From Epiperipatus broadwayi (lineage: Eukaryota > Animalia > Onychophora), in assembly GCA_028023455.1 (NCBI GenBank), contig JAQFVV010000009.1, positions 124,001-188,000 of the forward strand: 64,000 nucleotides of DNA, written 5' to 3'. How positions within the stretch are numbered: position 1 is the first letter of the stretch; the number at the start of each line of letters is the position of its first letter. Both the position numbers and the translations under genes were made by a program. Shown piece after piece: positions 11,613 through 25,264 of this stretch. Under the pieces are notes generated by a model. That model made no database searches. It saw only the letters and a list, made by a program, of their open reading frames with translations, and was not told the origin of the DNA.

Positions 11613-13739
11613 CAACAATAATTTTCATGCAATTATAGCTTCTTTTATGAGATCATGTCAGCACATACAGTTATAATAAATGTCATATTGTAATATAATT
11701 TTAAATAATGTAATATATTTTTGTTAAAAATATTTAAATTGAAGAGAAACTGTTAAATTATATAAATAATGTTAAACCTTTCTTTTATCAAAAAATATAC
11801 TGCAAAACAATTCAATAAAGAAACAGATTTTAAATAATTAAATTAAAATAAATATTAAGTTGGCTTTGATAAGAGATTTGAAAACAAAAAAAAAAAATTC
11901 AGGCCATCTAATAATTGGTGTTTCTGAAATGTTATAATTAAAATAAAATCAGGTGTCAAAAATAAGATATTAAAGGTGTTAAAAACAAGATTATCAAAGC
12001 CTATGAAAAATAACATCTAAGGTAAAAATGAGATCCAGATGTTCAAAAATAAGAAGTAAAACTTATATGAGCAGTTTTTCTTGAAAGCAGGCAATCTAGA
12101 TTCTCACTTTATTTGAACTGGATCGAACCTCATTAGGATGACCAAATAGAAAAAAGAAAAAACTGTTTGCTGCTGAAATCTACTGTCTGGAATCTGACTG
12201 TTATTTTTTGAATGAATCTCTAATTAAAATGAAGAATCAATGCTTAAACTTCAAATTTCAAAGGCAGAAGATTGTGAAAGAACATTATGGTAACTTAAAA
12301 ATGGGATCAATTAATATTTGCCATCACAAGAGAAATCGAACACCTATTGCAGATCTTTTGCTTTGTAAGTTAAAAAAAAAACTGTTCAGTCCATTATAGT
12401 AACTTATTAATTATTTTAAATTTTATTTTACTTTATATTTAATATTAATAAACTATATTTTGTATACGATTGTTTAAAACAGAAAGCAAATTTTTTTAAT
12501 AAAAAAAAAAAAAGTAGTCAAGTTTTACAGCAACTGAAGTAAAAAAAAAAATTGTATAAAAAAAAAAAGATTTGAAAAAAAAAAAGAAGAAATTTGCTTC
12601 ATATTGCATTTACTATACATATATAGGTTATGATTTGTTAACATTAAAAAAAAACAAAAAACCTTTCCTTTAATGCAAAATTGTCAGATAAATAATCAAA
12701 AGTATAATATTCAATTTAAAATGAATGTTCATGCTTATAAAACAATTAAAGCTACAAGTGTTAAAAAAGAAAGATATGTAATATAATTAGTTGTATTTTA
12801 AGTTATGTTTTTATTTTGAAATTACATAGTCAATTTGTACGTAATTTAGTCACCTTTCCGATTGTTGAGAGTTAAATTTTATGTATGTTAGAACTTATTA
12901 TGTACATGTAATTATTAAATCTCTGTTAAGGGATTTATTGTACAAAATATCCATATGGTGGATTTGTTTATGGTTTTGTTAAATAAATTTGAAGTCAGAT
13001 TTAAAGAATTACCTCATTTAATTAAGAAATATTAATAGTAAATAGGGATCAGATTCAAAAAACCATCCCTCATAATTAGTGTATTACTATTAAATCGGGA
13101 ATCAGACCCAAAGTGGCCATTCTATAGTTATCATTGTAAGAAAGGTGTATTGATTAAAATTATCCCATATTAGATATAATGTATGATTATGTTATTAGCC
13201 TTATGATATAAATAAATGTATTATATTTGTGAAGGTTAGCCATACATAGAATTGTATTTGGAGTATATTAAAGGCCAGAGATTTACTCTGCAGCAAATGC
13301 CGTCAATCATAGAAAAAATAAAAAATATGTATTAAGATTTAATTAAAAAATTAATGTTTAAAATTAAGCAAAATAAACTTTGAAAACTTTATAAATAACT
13401 ATTGTTTTCCATTGTGCATTTGAATTAAAAAAAAGAAACTGGAGAAATAGTTTTAGTAAAAAAAAAAAAATGTCTGAATTATAATACTTTGTAATGAACT
13501 ATAGTTTTGCAATTGGTTTAAATAGTGTGTTATCTTTATATGTAACATTGTCTGGTCTGCATATTTATCCCGTACATAAAGTTATAACTTGTTTATAATT
13601 TTATGTCCAATTTATGACAGAATTTCATGTAAATTGATACTATAAACACCCATTTGCCTGAGTTAGATGAATGGTATAGTTGATCAGACAATTGTTTTTT
13701 CTTTGTAATTATAAAAACAAAAAAATGTAAACAAAGCTG

Positions 13740-15280
13740 AAATTGAGGACAGAAAATGGTATTCAAATGCTCATCAGTTTCTAAAATGATGTAGCCCAGT
13801 TGGTAGTGAATCCAGTTATAAATATATTGATAACGATTTTATGGCATATTAAAGAAAACTTGCAGATCAAGAAAATACAAAATCAAAATGAGATGAATAG
13901 ATAATCAACAAATGATTACAGAAGAAAGTCTAGAAACAAGCTGTGAAAAAGATTGCATAAAGGAAGATGATATAGATTTCTGATATAGATAGTGTTGATC
14001 TAGATAATGACATTGGAGCAGAAACAGACTAATGAAAAGATGAAAATTTCTAAGAAAAAAAAATACTGCAACATCATCACAATTAGACATGATGTAGATG
14101 ATCAGCACATTATTCAAACAGAAGGAAATGAGAATGGAAGATGGACAAAAACAGAGGGATTTAGAGATACAAAAGTAGATGATACATCTCAAAGAGCAGA
14201 TCGAAAATAATCAAAACCAGATGAATTTGCAATTTTGAGTAAATGAATCAGATGATAGACAAAGAACATTTACAGTTTCAATTATTTAACCAAAAACTTG
14301 AAGAACAGAAAGAGAAAAAGCAAAAGATAAAAGGATAGAATGAGATAAAGCAAATGATCCTAAAGATGGACGACAGACAGATAAATCAAAATAGTAAAGA
14401 TGAATCATATGAATTAGAACAAAAGTTAGATGATCCAAAGCAAATAGAGGAAGAGAAAAAATAAGCAAATACAACTTTAAAAATAATCTATGGATTAAAT
14501 AATGGAGGATGAACAAGCTCAATTAGAACTAAAATCAAAAGATGAACCAAAAATATTGATGCAGTTGAAATTGAACAAAAACAGTAATAAAAGACCAAAT
14601 GATTGAAGATAAACCTAATACCTTAAAACAAAATAAGATAATGAACTACAATTATGTGAAAAAGTAGAATATAACAAAAACAGGTTCAAATAAAAGACCA
14701 AATAACAGAAGTTGAATATGATGAATTAAAACAAGATGACAGTGAATTAAAATTATTAATGTAGAAAGTATGTAAGAATTGTTAAAACTAAAAATCCAAA
14801 TACGAGAACATAAGCCTGAAGACTTAGAACAAAAATCCGATGTATCAAAAGAATGGGCTGAAAAGACAATAAAAGGCAAGAACAAATAGAACAAAAGCTT
14901 GTACATGACCAAAACAAAATGAGGACTTGCCATCCAAGCTGGAAAATGTATTGGATAAAGAAATCTAACATCCTGAATTAAACATCAAATTTGTGCATAA
15001 GAAATCTTTTGCTTATATATCCACTATCAATATGGATCTGCTACATTTAGACAGATTTGTTCAGGAGAAAAACACTAATGAACATAAATTTTACTTAGTA
15101 CCAAAGAGTAAAGAGAGACAATAGTCTCACAAGAGTTAATAGCTCTACAGAATTATCACAGAAGAATCTCCACATAAAGGTCAACCTCAAATCGCTACAA
15201 AGAAACATTGTATGAATGACTAAGCTGGATGAAAAGCTTAAAAAATGCCAGATGGACAAGAGAAGTTAAGATAGATACAA
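13740..15280 (+). pseudogene. Decayed ORF of unknown identity (acidic/Lys-rich middle) between the two ~2 kb direct repeats
   Basis: Strong purine bias and codon-like pieces, e.g. DVAQLVVNPVINILITILWHI, RHDVDDQHIIQTEGNENG and NEDLPSKLENVLDKEI, broken by stops. No family recognised. Confidence 0.35.
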
Positions 15281-15324
15281 TCATTTTTTTGTTTTTTTTT
15301 GCTTAAAAGTTTGAAAATTTGAAA

Positions 15325-17390
15325 GGAATAACGTTTTATTCATTTCACTGACAGCCATGGGATCTTCCACATGGCTGTGAGTTGGTTCAGAATTGTAAGG
15401 ATTACTAAATGTAATAATAATATGTATATTCAAATGTTAAAATTATTAAATATCACTTTGTAAAAGAATATTAAATAATGTAATATGTTTTTGTTTAAAA
15501 TATTTAAATTTAAGAGAAAGTGGTAAATTATATAAATAATGTTAAAACTTTAGCAAAGAATGTATTATAAAACAACCCAATTAAGAAATAGACTTTAAAT
15601 AATTAAATTAAAAAAAAGATTAACTAGTTTTAATAAGAGACTTGAAAACAAAACAAAAAAATCAGGCAATTTAAAAATTTCAGTGTTTTGTAAGTTCAAT
15701 TAATTAAATAATAAAATCGTTTTTGAAATTTTGTAATTAAAATAAAATCAGGTGTCAAAAATAAGATATTAAAGATGTTAAAAACCAAATTATTAAAGCC
15801 TGTGAAAAACAAGGTTAAAAGTGTTAAAAACGAGATTGAGTATTCAAAAACAAAATCAGGTGGCAAAAATAAGATATTAAAAGTGTTAAAAACCAGATTA
15901 CTAAAGCCTGTGAAAAACGAGGTTAAAAGTGTTCAAAAACAAGAAGTAAAACTTATATAAGCAGTTTTTCTTAAAAGCAGGCAATTTGGATTCTCACTTT
16001 ATTCAAAAAACATCAAACCATTATGATATCAATAAAAAAGAAAAAAACTACCAACTGCTGAATTTTTGTTTTGAACAAATCTCTAATTAAATTGAAGAAT
16101 CAATACTCAACTTTAAATTTCAAAGGTAGGAGATTGTGAATGGACATTATGGCAACTTACAAATAGAATCAATTAATATTTGCCATCACGGAAAAAATCG
16201 AACTTCAGCTGCAAAAGTTTTGCTTTGTAAGTTAAAAAAACATTAACTATTTTAAGCTTTATTTTAATTTATATTTAATACTAATCAACTACATTTTGTA
16301 TTACAATTATCTAAAACAGGAAGCAAAAGTTTAAAAAAAAAAAAAAGAAGTTAGTTGAATTTTAAAGCAACTAAAGTAAAAAAAAAAAAAATTGTATAAA
16401 AAAAAAAGATTTGAAAAAAAAAAAACTCACTTCATATTACATTTACTATACATATAGATTATAATTTATTAACATTAAAAAAAAAAAAAACTTTTCTTTA
16501 ATGTGAAATTGTCAGATAAATAATCAAAGGTGTAATATTCAATTTAAAACAAATGTGCATGCTTGTAAAATAGTTAAAGTTACAAGGGTTAAAAAAAAAA
16601 GGCTGTATATAATATAATTAGTGGTATTTTAAGTTAAAAGTTTATAAATTAGCCCTCCTTTTGATTGCTGTTAAATTTTATGTATGTTAGAAATTATTGT
16701 GTACATGCAATTATTAGATCTCTGTTAAATGGTTTAATGTACACTATATCTACATGGTGGATTTATTTATGGTTTTGTTATATAAATTTAGGCTTAGATC
16801 TAAAGGACTGCCTGAGTTAATTAAGAAGTATTAATTCAAATAGGGGTGAGATTCAAAGAACTACCTCTCATAATTAGTATGTTATTGTTAAATACGAATT
16901 CAGGTCCAAAGTGGCCACTCCCTAGTTATCGTTGTAAGAAAGAGGTATTGGTTAAAAGTATACCATATTAGATACATGTGTGTGATTATGTTATTAAGCT
17001 TATAATATAAATAAATGTATTATATTTGTGAGGGTCCATCATACATAGAATTATATTTGGAGTATATTAAAGGCCAGAGATTTACACTGCAGCAAATGCT
17101 GTTGTCCATAGAAAAAGTAAAAAAGTTGTATTATTAGATTTCATTAAAAAGTTAATGTCTTAAAATTAAACAAAATAAACCATGGAAACTTTATAAATAA
17201 TTACTGATTTCACAATGCATGTGAATTTAAAAATGGAGAGAGAAAAAAAAATTGAAAAAATGGTTTGTTAAAAAAAAAAAAAAAACTATAATTGTCTGGT
17301 AATTATATTTTATAATGAAATATAATTTGTTATTGATTTAAATAGGTGTTAACTTTTTTATATGTAATATTGTCTGCTCTGCATATTTAT
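15325..17390. repeat. Copy 2 (uninterrupted) of the unclassified ~2 kb direct repeat
   Basis: Colinear with copy 1. Carries an internal ~105-bp tandem duplication near 15740-15950. Confidence 0.8.
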
Positions 17391-17871
17391 TTCAGGTCTA
17401 TTTTACTGGGAGTAACATGTTCTACAGGATCTAGCCTGCTATGTAGTGATCATCATCATCATATTAAAGAAAATATTTTCAAAACTTTAAATATTTACAT
17501 ATAAGAAATATATATAGGCCGGTCTATTCTCTGATGTTCAATGTCAGATGGTACCCAAGTCAATTAAATGTAAATAATCTAATAATACAGACCATTTTAA
17601 TAAATACATATAATACTACAATAAATAAACTATTTAAATAATGAATGCAGAATGCTGAATTTCACAAGATTTATAATTTAATATTTTATTTTTCATCTTT
17701 GGTACTTTTAAGTATTAAAAGTTGAAGTATAATGATCTTATATAAATATATAATAATCAAAAAAGCAAGTCATATATAATGTGACATTACTTTTATAAGC
17801 TTGTATTTACAATATATATATATATATATATTACTTTTATCAACTATTCAAATAATTAAATAATGACTTAC

Positions 17872-17996
17872 TGAGTTTGATAAAGAAACATATCTATAAT
17901 CAGATCTCTTCCTTTGGGATGATTAAAAAATACAAATAAACTCCAATGGATTAACCAAGTTCTTTGTTGCAGAGATTGTAATGCTGAAGAAAAGTT
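17872..17996 (-). CDS. eIF3e: eIF3 subunit E coding exon (125 nt; equivalent to human exon 7)
   Basis: ttttattag|...|gtaagt boundaries. Encodes [41 protein letters not shown](Q), containing the [22 protein letters not shown] hallmark of eIF3e. Confidence 0.97.
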
Positions 17997-20900
17997 CTAA
18001 TAAAAAATAAAAATAAAACCATACATTACACTTTAAAAAAGGGAGAGAGGTAATCACTTTAAGGCAAAAGATAAATATTATTCTTTTAAGATTAAAAAAA
18101 CCATTCAATGAACAACCAATTGTTAGCAATTTTAATTATTAAACTACTTAAACAAAATTATAAACTGTAATACTGTTTTGAAATAAATTAGTTAATTTGA
18201 CATTATGTTAAATTCAACTTGTGATGAATAATGCTAAACTGTTAGTTATATAATGAAGTAAAATATTTCGATGAAATTTCAAAAATCAGTATAAATGTAA
18301 TTTACGTTAAGGAGATAAATTTGCTTTGCACATTAACAATTACAAGCAAATACAATAAGAAATCTGCAACCAAATTTCAAAAAAACATTTAAAATTATAA
18401 TGGTTTTGAAACTAACTGAAGGAAAAGCAAATTCTTTAATATTAAAAATATAGTGGAAAATTAATCAATTAAAATCTAATTTATTAATTTTGATTTCAAA
18501 TTCAATTAAAAATTTAACAATCTTTATTGTAATAGAATAACCTGAACCAAGAATTTGCCATGATTTAATGTAGCAATAGAGTGGCGGATTCTATAGACCA
18601 TAATTATTCTCTACTACTTCTGGCACTTGATTTCTTATGAATTCTCAAGCAATTAATAATTGGATTATTTTTTCTTTTTTTTAAATAAAGAATTAATATG
18701 CTCATTGAAAGAAAAACATTTTTTATTTCGCTAAATTTCAAATATGCTATTATTGAACTTAAATGAAGATTCATAAGCAATCATAGTATCTAATTTACTT
18801 TTAAGTTTCACAATATCTGCTGGATGGCACTTTATAAAAAAAAATAATGCAAAAATTAATCCATAAAAAACTGCAAAGAAATAATAATTTAAAAAAGCCT
18901 CATACTAACTTCAATGATACAAATGAGTATTATAACAATAAAATTAAAATAGTATTTCAAAACAAAGAATAGATTTTTTTTTTTTTGAAGCATGAATTTT
19001 ATTTCAATTTGACATTTGGATAATAACCGACACTTCACTTCTTAAATGGTATAAAAGATCCAGTGTCTTTGTTGAAGTTATTTTTACAGTAAAAAAAAAA
19101 AAGAATATATATTAGAAAATCTACATTTTTAAAAAATATAATTAACTGAGAGTTTCATGCTCTAATATGTGATCTTTAAAACTATATTTCAAATACTTAT
19201 TGTCATTATTTAACTTGTTATTAATTACTTTTTTTTTTTTATTTGCAATTTCTTTTTTTAAATAAATAGACTTATTATCATATCATTCTTTGCTTGAGTC
19301 CAAATACCAAATTTGAAAAAAAATTAGAGATATATGACAAGAACTTTTCCAACCATATCTGTATCATTTATGTTGGAAAATTTCTAGACATAATATAAAT
19401 AAAGACCTCATCAAATGCTTGACTGATATTAGAAATATTTTCAGTACAAAAAATTATTACTAATTTGAAATTATATTTCAAGTACTTATTACTATCATTT
19501 AACTTGTTACGAATTATATTTTTATTGTTTACAACTTTTTCTCCTTAAGGATTATTTTTTTGTTTTTATTTAACACACTTATTGCCATCAATTAATTTTT
19601 TATGAATTACTTTTTATATTGCTTTACTTGCTCAAAGACTGTTTAATAAATTCAATAATAAACATATATATTTAATTTTGAATGGATTAATTTCTTCATT
19701 GTTTTAAGGGTAGATCATGAAACTTAATATAGATCATATATTATAAAGATATCCAAAAAAAAGTTAGATGGCTTAATGTTTGTGAATTTAATTAATTAAA
19801 AATTTGGATTAATTTTCAGATGAAAGATTTCTAATAGACACAAACAAAGATAAATGAATAAAGATAATTTTCAATTATGAACAAAAAAATGCAGTAATCT
19901 CACTATCTTTCTATCTTTACTATATTTACAATAATAAATATTCTATTTTGACAATATGCAAAAGAAACCACAAATCTAGTCTTTATATCAGTAAAAAATA
20001 AATTGGAGTAATTACATAGCATATCATATACCAAAGTTAAGAAATAATATTTGATGATCTATAGTAGTTTGCTTTTTTTTTTAATACATTTGTCTAAGCA
20101 TTTCGATTTTTTAAGCTACACCATAAATTTTAATAAGAACTACCCATTCAAATATGTTATATAGTTAAATAAAAAAAAACCAAAAGCTTTACTAAGAAAA
20201 GAAAACTATTCAAAATTACACAGAAAAAAACTATATAGCTGAAAAAATGTTGAAATAAAAATAAGGTACTAAATATACCTATATAATGCAAAAAAAATCA
20301 TATACTTCTAAAGATTTTATTCACCAAGAACAACTTTTTTTCCAATCTACGTGCAATTTTAGTTTAGGAATATCTTCCATTTTTATTATTTTGCTTGATT
20401 TTTCATACAGAATATATACAAGAAAAAAGTTTTTTTCTAGATAAGTTAATCCAGAATAGTGGGTTTAAAATTTTCATCAACAGCACAATTTATTTAGCGT
20501 CATTTTCGTTCTCAATAAATGACCATAAACATTTTTACAAATGACAGATCACATTTAAATCTTGTAAACTTGATAAATGCCTAAATAATTAATCCAGATT
20601 ATATAAATTCTTCCAAATAATATTAATAAAGCAGAGATGAGATGGTTATGTAAAGAATCTTGATTTACACATTGCATTCAACTAAACAGTGCTCATTTAA
20701 TATGTGCATTGCACCATTTAGGTTTCTGAGGGAGCCTCAAACCCACCGCTGGCACATCCAAGTGATAAATAAGGCCAACAACTACATCGAGGAGCGATAG
20801 ATGGTGGTCCAATTATTTTGACCTTTTGTAACGAAATGACAATTTTCATCAATAATTAAAAAATAAATATGCAAATTTTGTACGACTAAGCTTGATCAAA

Positions 20901-23217
20901 TCATGTGACTAAAAGTTAAAAGTTAAAAATTAAAAGATAAAAATGTAAAATTGCATAAGCTCAAACTAAGATTAAAAAAAAAAATCGAAAAAAATTATGT
21001 GACCAACCAAAAAATTGTCCATAAAATATGCATAAGCTAAAATAAATCTTAATGCATTTTGTTACAATTAATATATGATGGTAACCACGTGTTGAATAAA
21101 TGTAAAAACAACTGTTGAAAAAGTAAATGCGTAAACTCAAGCAAGCAATGTGCATAAGCTAAAATAATCTAAAATACAGTAGCCAAAAGAGAAATTGCCT
21201 AAACTAAAAGCATATTAATTTTACAATTACCAAAAAATAATAAATCAGATTTTTTCTTATCAAAGAGAGTATTGTTGTGTGCTTTATTTCTCACATGTAG
21301 TTACAAAGAAAAAGATGGAGATGCCAAAAGATTAATCTAAAATTGCATATGCTTGACCATTTGTTAAAAAAAATTTTTAAAAATCAAATTGAACAAGCTC
21401 AAAGAAGAAATTTGCAAAAACTAAAATAAAATTGGATAAAATATCTAATATTTTAATTAATGGAAAAAAACCAATAACCTTAATGCATTTTATTACAATT
21501 GATATATGGTGGTAACCACGTGCTGAATAAACATAAAACAACTGCTGAAAGAATAATTGTGTAAGCTCAAACAAATAATGTGTAAGCTAAAATAATCTAA
21601 AATATGACAGTCAAAAGAGAAATTGCCTAAAATAAAGCATATTAATTTTACAATTAATAAAAAATAATAAATTGGATTTTTTCTTATCAGAAAGGGACTA
21701 ATGTTGCATGATTCCTTTCTCATACGTGGAAGAGAAAAAAAAATGGAGATAAGATAGTGATGTTCACATTTGACCTCGTGACATGGATATCGAATCATAG
21801 CAGCAGAGTTAACACTTGATTACGTGAACAAGAAATTCTAACATTAGCCAAAAGAAAAATTGGCTAAACTAAAAAATATTAATTTTACAATTAATAAAAA
21901 ATAAAAAATCGTTTTTTTTTCCTTACCAAAGTGAGTATTGTTATGTGCTTCATTTCTCATATGTAGTTACAAAGAAAAAGATGGACATGAGAAAAATAAA
22001 ATTGCATAAGCTCAAACAAGAAATATGTGTAAGAATGTAACTGAAAAAAAAATAAAAATAAATCCTAACATTAGCCGAAAGACAAATTGACTAAACTAAA
22101 AAATATTAATTTTTCAGTTAATAAAAAAATAATAAATCGGATTATTTTTTCTTATCAAAGCGAGTAATGTTATGTGCTTCATTTCTCATATGTAGTTGTG
22201 AAGAAAAAGATGGAGATAAAAAAAATTAGCAATGTTCATGTGTGATTACGTAATTTGAAAATGAAAATGTCTACAAAAAACAAACTCTGATCCAGAATGT
22301 TAGAAGGAAAAGTAACTTTTTATGAGACTAATTTAATCCAAAACTAAAAAAATAACTTCTTGTAAGACAGTAATTTTATGTAAAATCAAAAGTTTACTAT
22401 CCTGCATCATTATTATTATGGCATTGAAATTATTTTACTTCAATGATATCACTACCGAGAACCAGGCTGTTAATTTTTTAAGACAGCACAATCTCCTCAA
22501 TGACGAAGAGAGGAAAAAGCCATGCACCAAGTGTGATGAACTCATGGTTAAAAAGCGAAGGAAGAACTGCAAGGGTGACTGGGTTCCTATTCTGCACTAT
22601 TGCAGGTGCCAGATTACCCGCTCTATCAGTGCAGGAAATCCATTTTTTTTACTACACAGATGTTAACGGTCACAACGGAAGTCATTTAACCCTGTGTGAA
22701 ATTCTCGATTTGTTTTTTTTTCTTTGTATTGGATATCCCCATTGAAAGGGGCAGATGAGCAGAAAATCTCGACAACAGTAGTAAATGGGTTTAGAGAGGT
22801 TTGTTCATGAGCTGTCTCTATTGAGACAAGGGGACATTGGTCGGCACCAAAGAAAAACCAATACAAATTCTGGCCACCAAAAATATGATAGAGGAAGACT
22901 GCTCAGCGGGGATCATGCAACTACGAGTAGGCCATGCCAATGTAACAGAAATTAAAAGAAAAACCACAGGATTCAAATTGACAGACTTTTGGGTTTTCGA
23001 ATTAAAAAATGGTCCTGAATGCTGCTACTCTCAGTACCATGTCAAGAAAGAGCTACATTAATTCCTATTATTGAAAGGGAATGCACAGACAGCTCTGTTA
23101 TCCATTCAGATAAGCGGCCAGCTTATGCCGATCTCAATGATAGAGTTTAAACCCAGTGATGGACACTGATAAGCAATCAATAGAAAGATTACAGCTAGAA
23201 GCAAAAGTAAAAAATTT

Positions 23218-25264
23218 GTTGTATTCTCATCCTTGGTGTTCGCCTTAAGATGGCGTTGATGCTAATCAAAAACATATACATATAACGATTCCGGGCCGAC
23301 CCTAAATGATCGCTTTGATCTAAAAATATCTGATTTCTTAGATTTGTAATAAAATATTCTACTAACTAATACTATTATATGATGTTAGTTTTTTTCATTT
23401 TTGTAAATGTTTATTAATCTTAACTTGTTTTTGAGTTTGGGTGTGTGTGTCTTTAAAGTTACGGTGTTTTTCTAATTTTTATTTTTTGACTTTATATGTG
23501 TCTTTTTAAAGTTACGGTCTTTTTTTTTTTTTTTTTTGCAAGAATAAATCAATAATTTGATTCAAAAGCAAGACGTAATAAGTAAATGTTTATTAATCTT
23601 ATCTTGTTTTTGAGTTTGTGTGTGTGTCTTTAAAGTTACGGGGCTTTTTCGAATTTTTTTTTTTTTTGGACTTTAGGTGTGTCTTTTTAAAGTTACGGTA
23701 TTTTTTTTGCAAGAGTAAATCAATAATTTGATTCCAAAGCAAGACGTAATAAGTCAATGTTTATTAATCTTAGATTGTTTTTGAGTTTGTGTGTCTTTAA
23801 AGTTACAGGGCTTTTTCGAATTTTTTTTTGGACTTTAGGTGTGTCTTTTTAAAGTTACGGTATTTTTTTTTACAAGAGTAAATCAATAATTTGATTCCAA
23901 AGCAAGACGTAATAAGTCAATGTTTATTAATCTTAGATTGCTTTTGGGTTTGTGTGTGTATGTGTCTTTAAAGTTACGGGGCTTTTTCTCATTTTTTTTT
24001 TTGGACTTTATGTGTGTCTTTTTTTAAAGTTACGGTATTTTTGGTCAAGAGTAAATCAATCATTTTATTAAAAAAGCTAGACGTAATTCTAAATCTATCA
24101 AAAGTAATGTAATTTATATACTACAATTTAGAATTGATACCCGACTACTATTAGTAAGGACCATCATTAAAAGACTCGATTGAAAAATGATACCCGACTA
24201 ATTTCCGTTTTCTTTTTTTTTGGGGGGGGGGGGGGACAGTAATGAATCAGAAAGTGGGTTGTTTTTGTTAAGTCTGTCTATATAAAAAGGGTACCGTTAT
24301 TGAAATACTAAATTTAAAAATGATAGCCGACTAATTTGCGTTTCTTTTGACAGTAATTAATCAGAAAGTGTGTTTCTTTTTTTTTTTGGTAAATCTTGTG
24401 TATATATAAAAACAATCAAACCGTAATTCAAAAACTCCATTGAAAAAAATCAAACCCCGTTGAATTTGCTTTTTTTTTTTTTTTTTAAAGACAGTAATTA
24501 ATCAGGAACTGGGTTGTTTTTGTTAGTGTGTAGATATAAAAACTAATCTTATTTTGAAATAATAAATGTAACAAAACAAAAAAAAAATAATACCAGACTA
24601 ATTTTATTTTTCGGACAAGTAATTCCTAATAATTAGATAGTGGGTTGTTTTTGTTTGTGCGTATATATATATAGCAAAAGTAACTGGTCACGGACGAATT
24701 CTCGCGAAAATGGTACTTTTCGCATGTTCCTTTAATTTTTTTTCCCTTTCGCACCCTTAAAAGCAATTTTTGAGGGTTACCCCTTCGTAATGGAATCTTC
24801 AGAAAATTATTACTAAACTTATAACAGTAAAGTAAGTTACAACACATTAAAAAAAATAGACGTCTTATCAAATTTAAAAAAACTACGACTGCTTCAAATA
24901 CTCACACTCTCACACGAAACTACAGAGAAAATAGATATTCTACTATTACGAGAAAATGATGAACAAAATCGACTACTACGGCAGCCGATCAAGGCATTTC
25001 TTTCTCTTTGCTTTTAGCATAGAAGAAAAGCCATAACCGGCAGCTGTCGGGAACTCTTTCTGTGTTTTATCATAGAAAGAAGTCTTTTTGTGTTGGCTTC
25101 TGTCGCCGCCTCCTCCGTCCAACATAACATGAGGACTTTTCTGCGTTTATAACGTAGAAAAATTCCTCTTTTGTTGGGTGAAGGCCAGTGAAACGGTATA
25201 TTTCTAGGAATTTACCTAGAAGTAGCGACATCTTAAGGCGAACACCAAGGATGAGAAAACAACC
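23218..25264. mobile_element. Non-autonomous Merlin-related element (MITE-like, ~2 kb)
   Basis: TIR gttgtattctcatccttggtgttcgccttaagatg / catcttaaggcgaacaccaaggatgagaaaacaacc. 9-bp TSD aaaaaattt at 23209-23217 and 25265-25273. Subterminal sequence resembles that of the 46247 element. Confidence 0.85.
23405..24085. repeat. Tandem array of four ~165-180 bp units inside the MITE
   Basis: Units start with aatgtttattaatctt near 23405, 23585, 23755 and 23918. A second, looser ~120-bp array follows to ~24660. Confidence 0.85.

Larger units (their letters stand above)
805..11676. mobile_element. Penelope-like element: inverted, 5'-truncated insertion (left arm ~850-992 plus 10566-~10990, right arm ~11035-11676), interrupted by the gypsy provirus
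   Basis: 11-bp TSD taaatgtcata at 794-804 and 11677-11687. The arms are imperfect reverse complements around a short loop. The right arm encodes Penelope linker and GIY-YIG remnants, each arm ends in a hammerhead-like motif, and the left arm has a 45-nt unpaired tail (805-849). Confidence 0.85.
670..13580. repeat. Copy 1 of an unclassified ~2 kb direct repeat, split by the Penelope/gypsy insertion (pieces ~670-804 and ~11688-13580)
   Basis: ttattcatttcactg...aaaattattaaatgtcata matches ~15335-15455, and 11688-13580 is colinear with ~15460-17390 (shared end ...tctgcatatttat). Confidence 0.8.

Noticed and set aside
1-17870. Next eIF3e exon (YLNAIQT...-like)
   Set aside because: Searched by eye and not found; presumably left of the window.
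17923-18129. Track ORF MLTIGCSL... as a gene
   Set aside because: It is an out-of-frame overlap with the real eIF3e exon 17872-17996.
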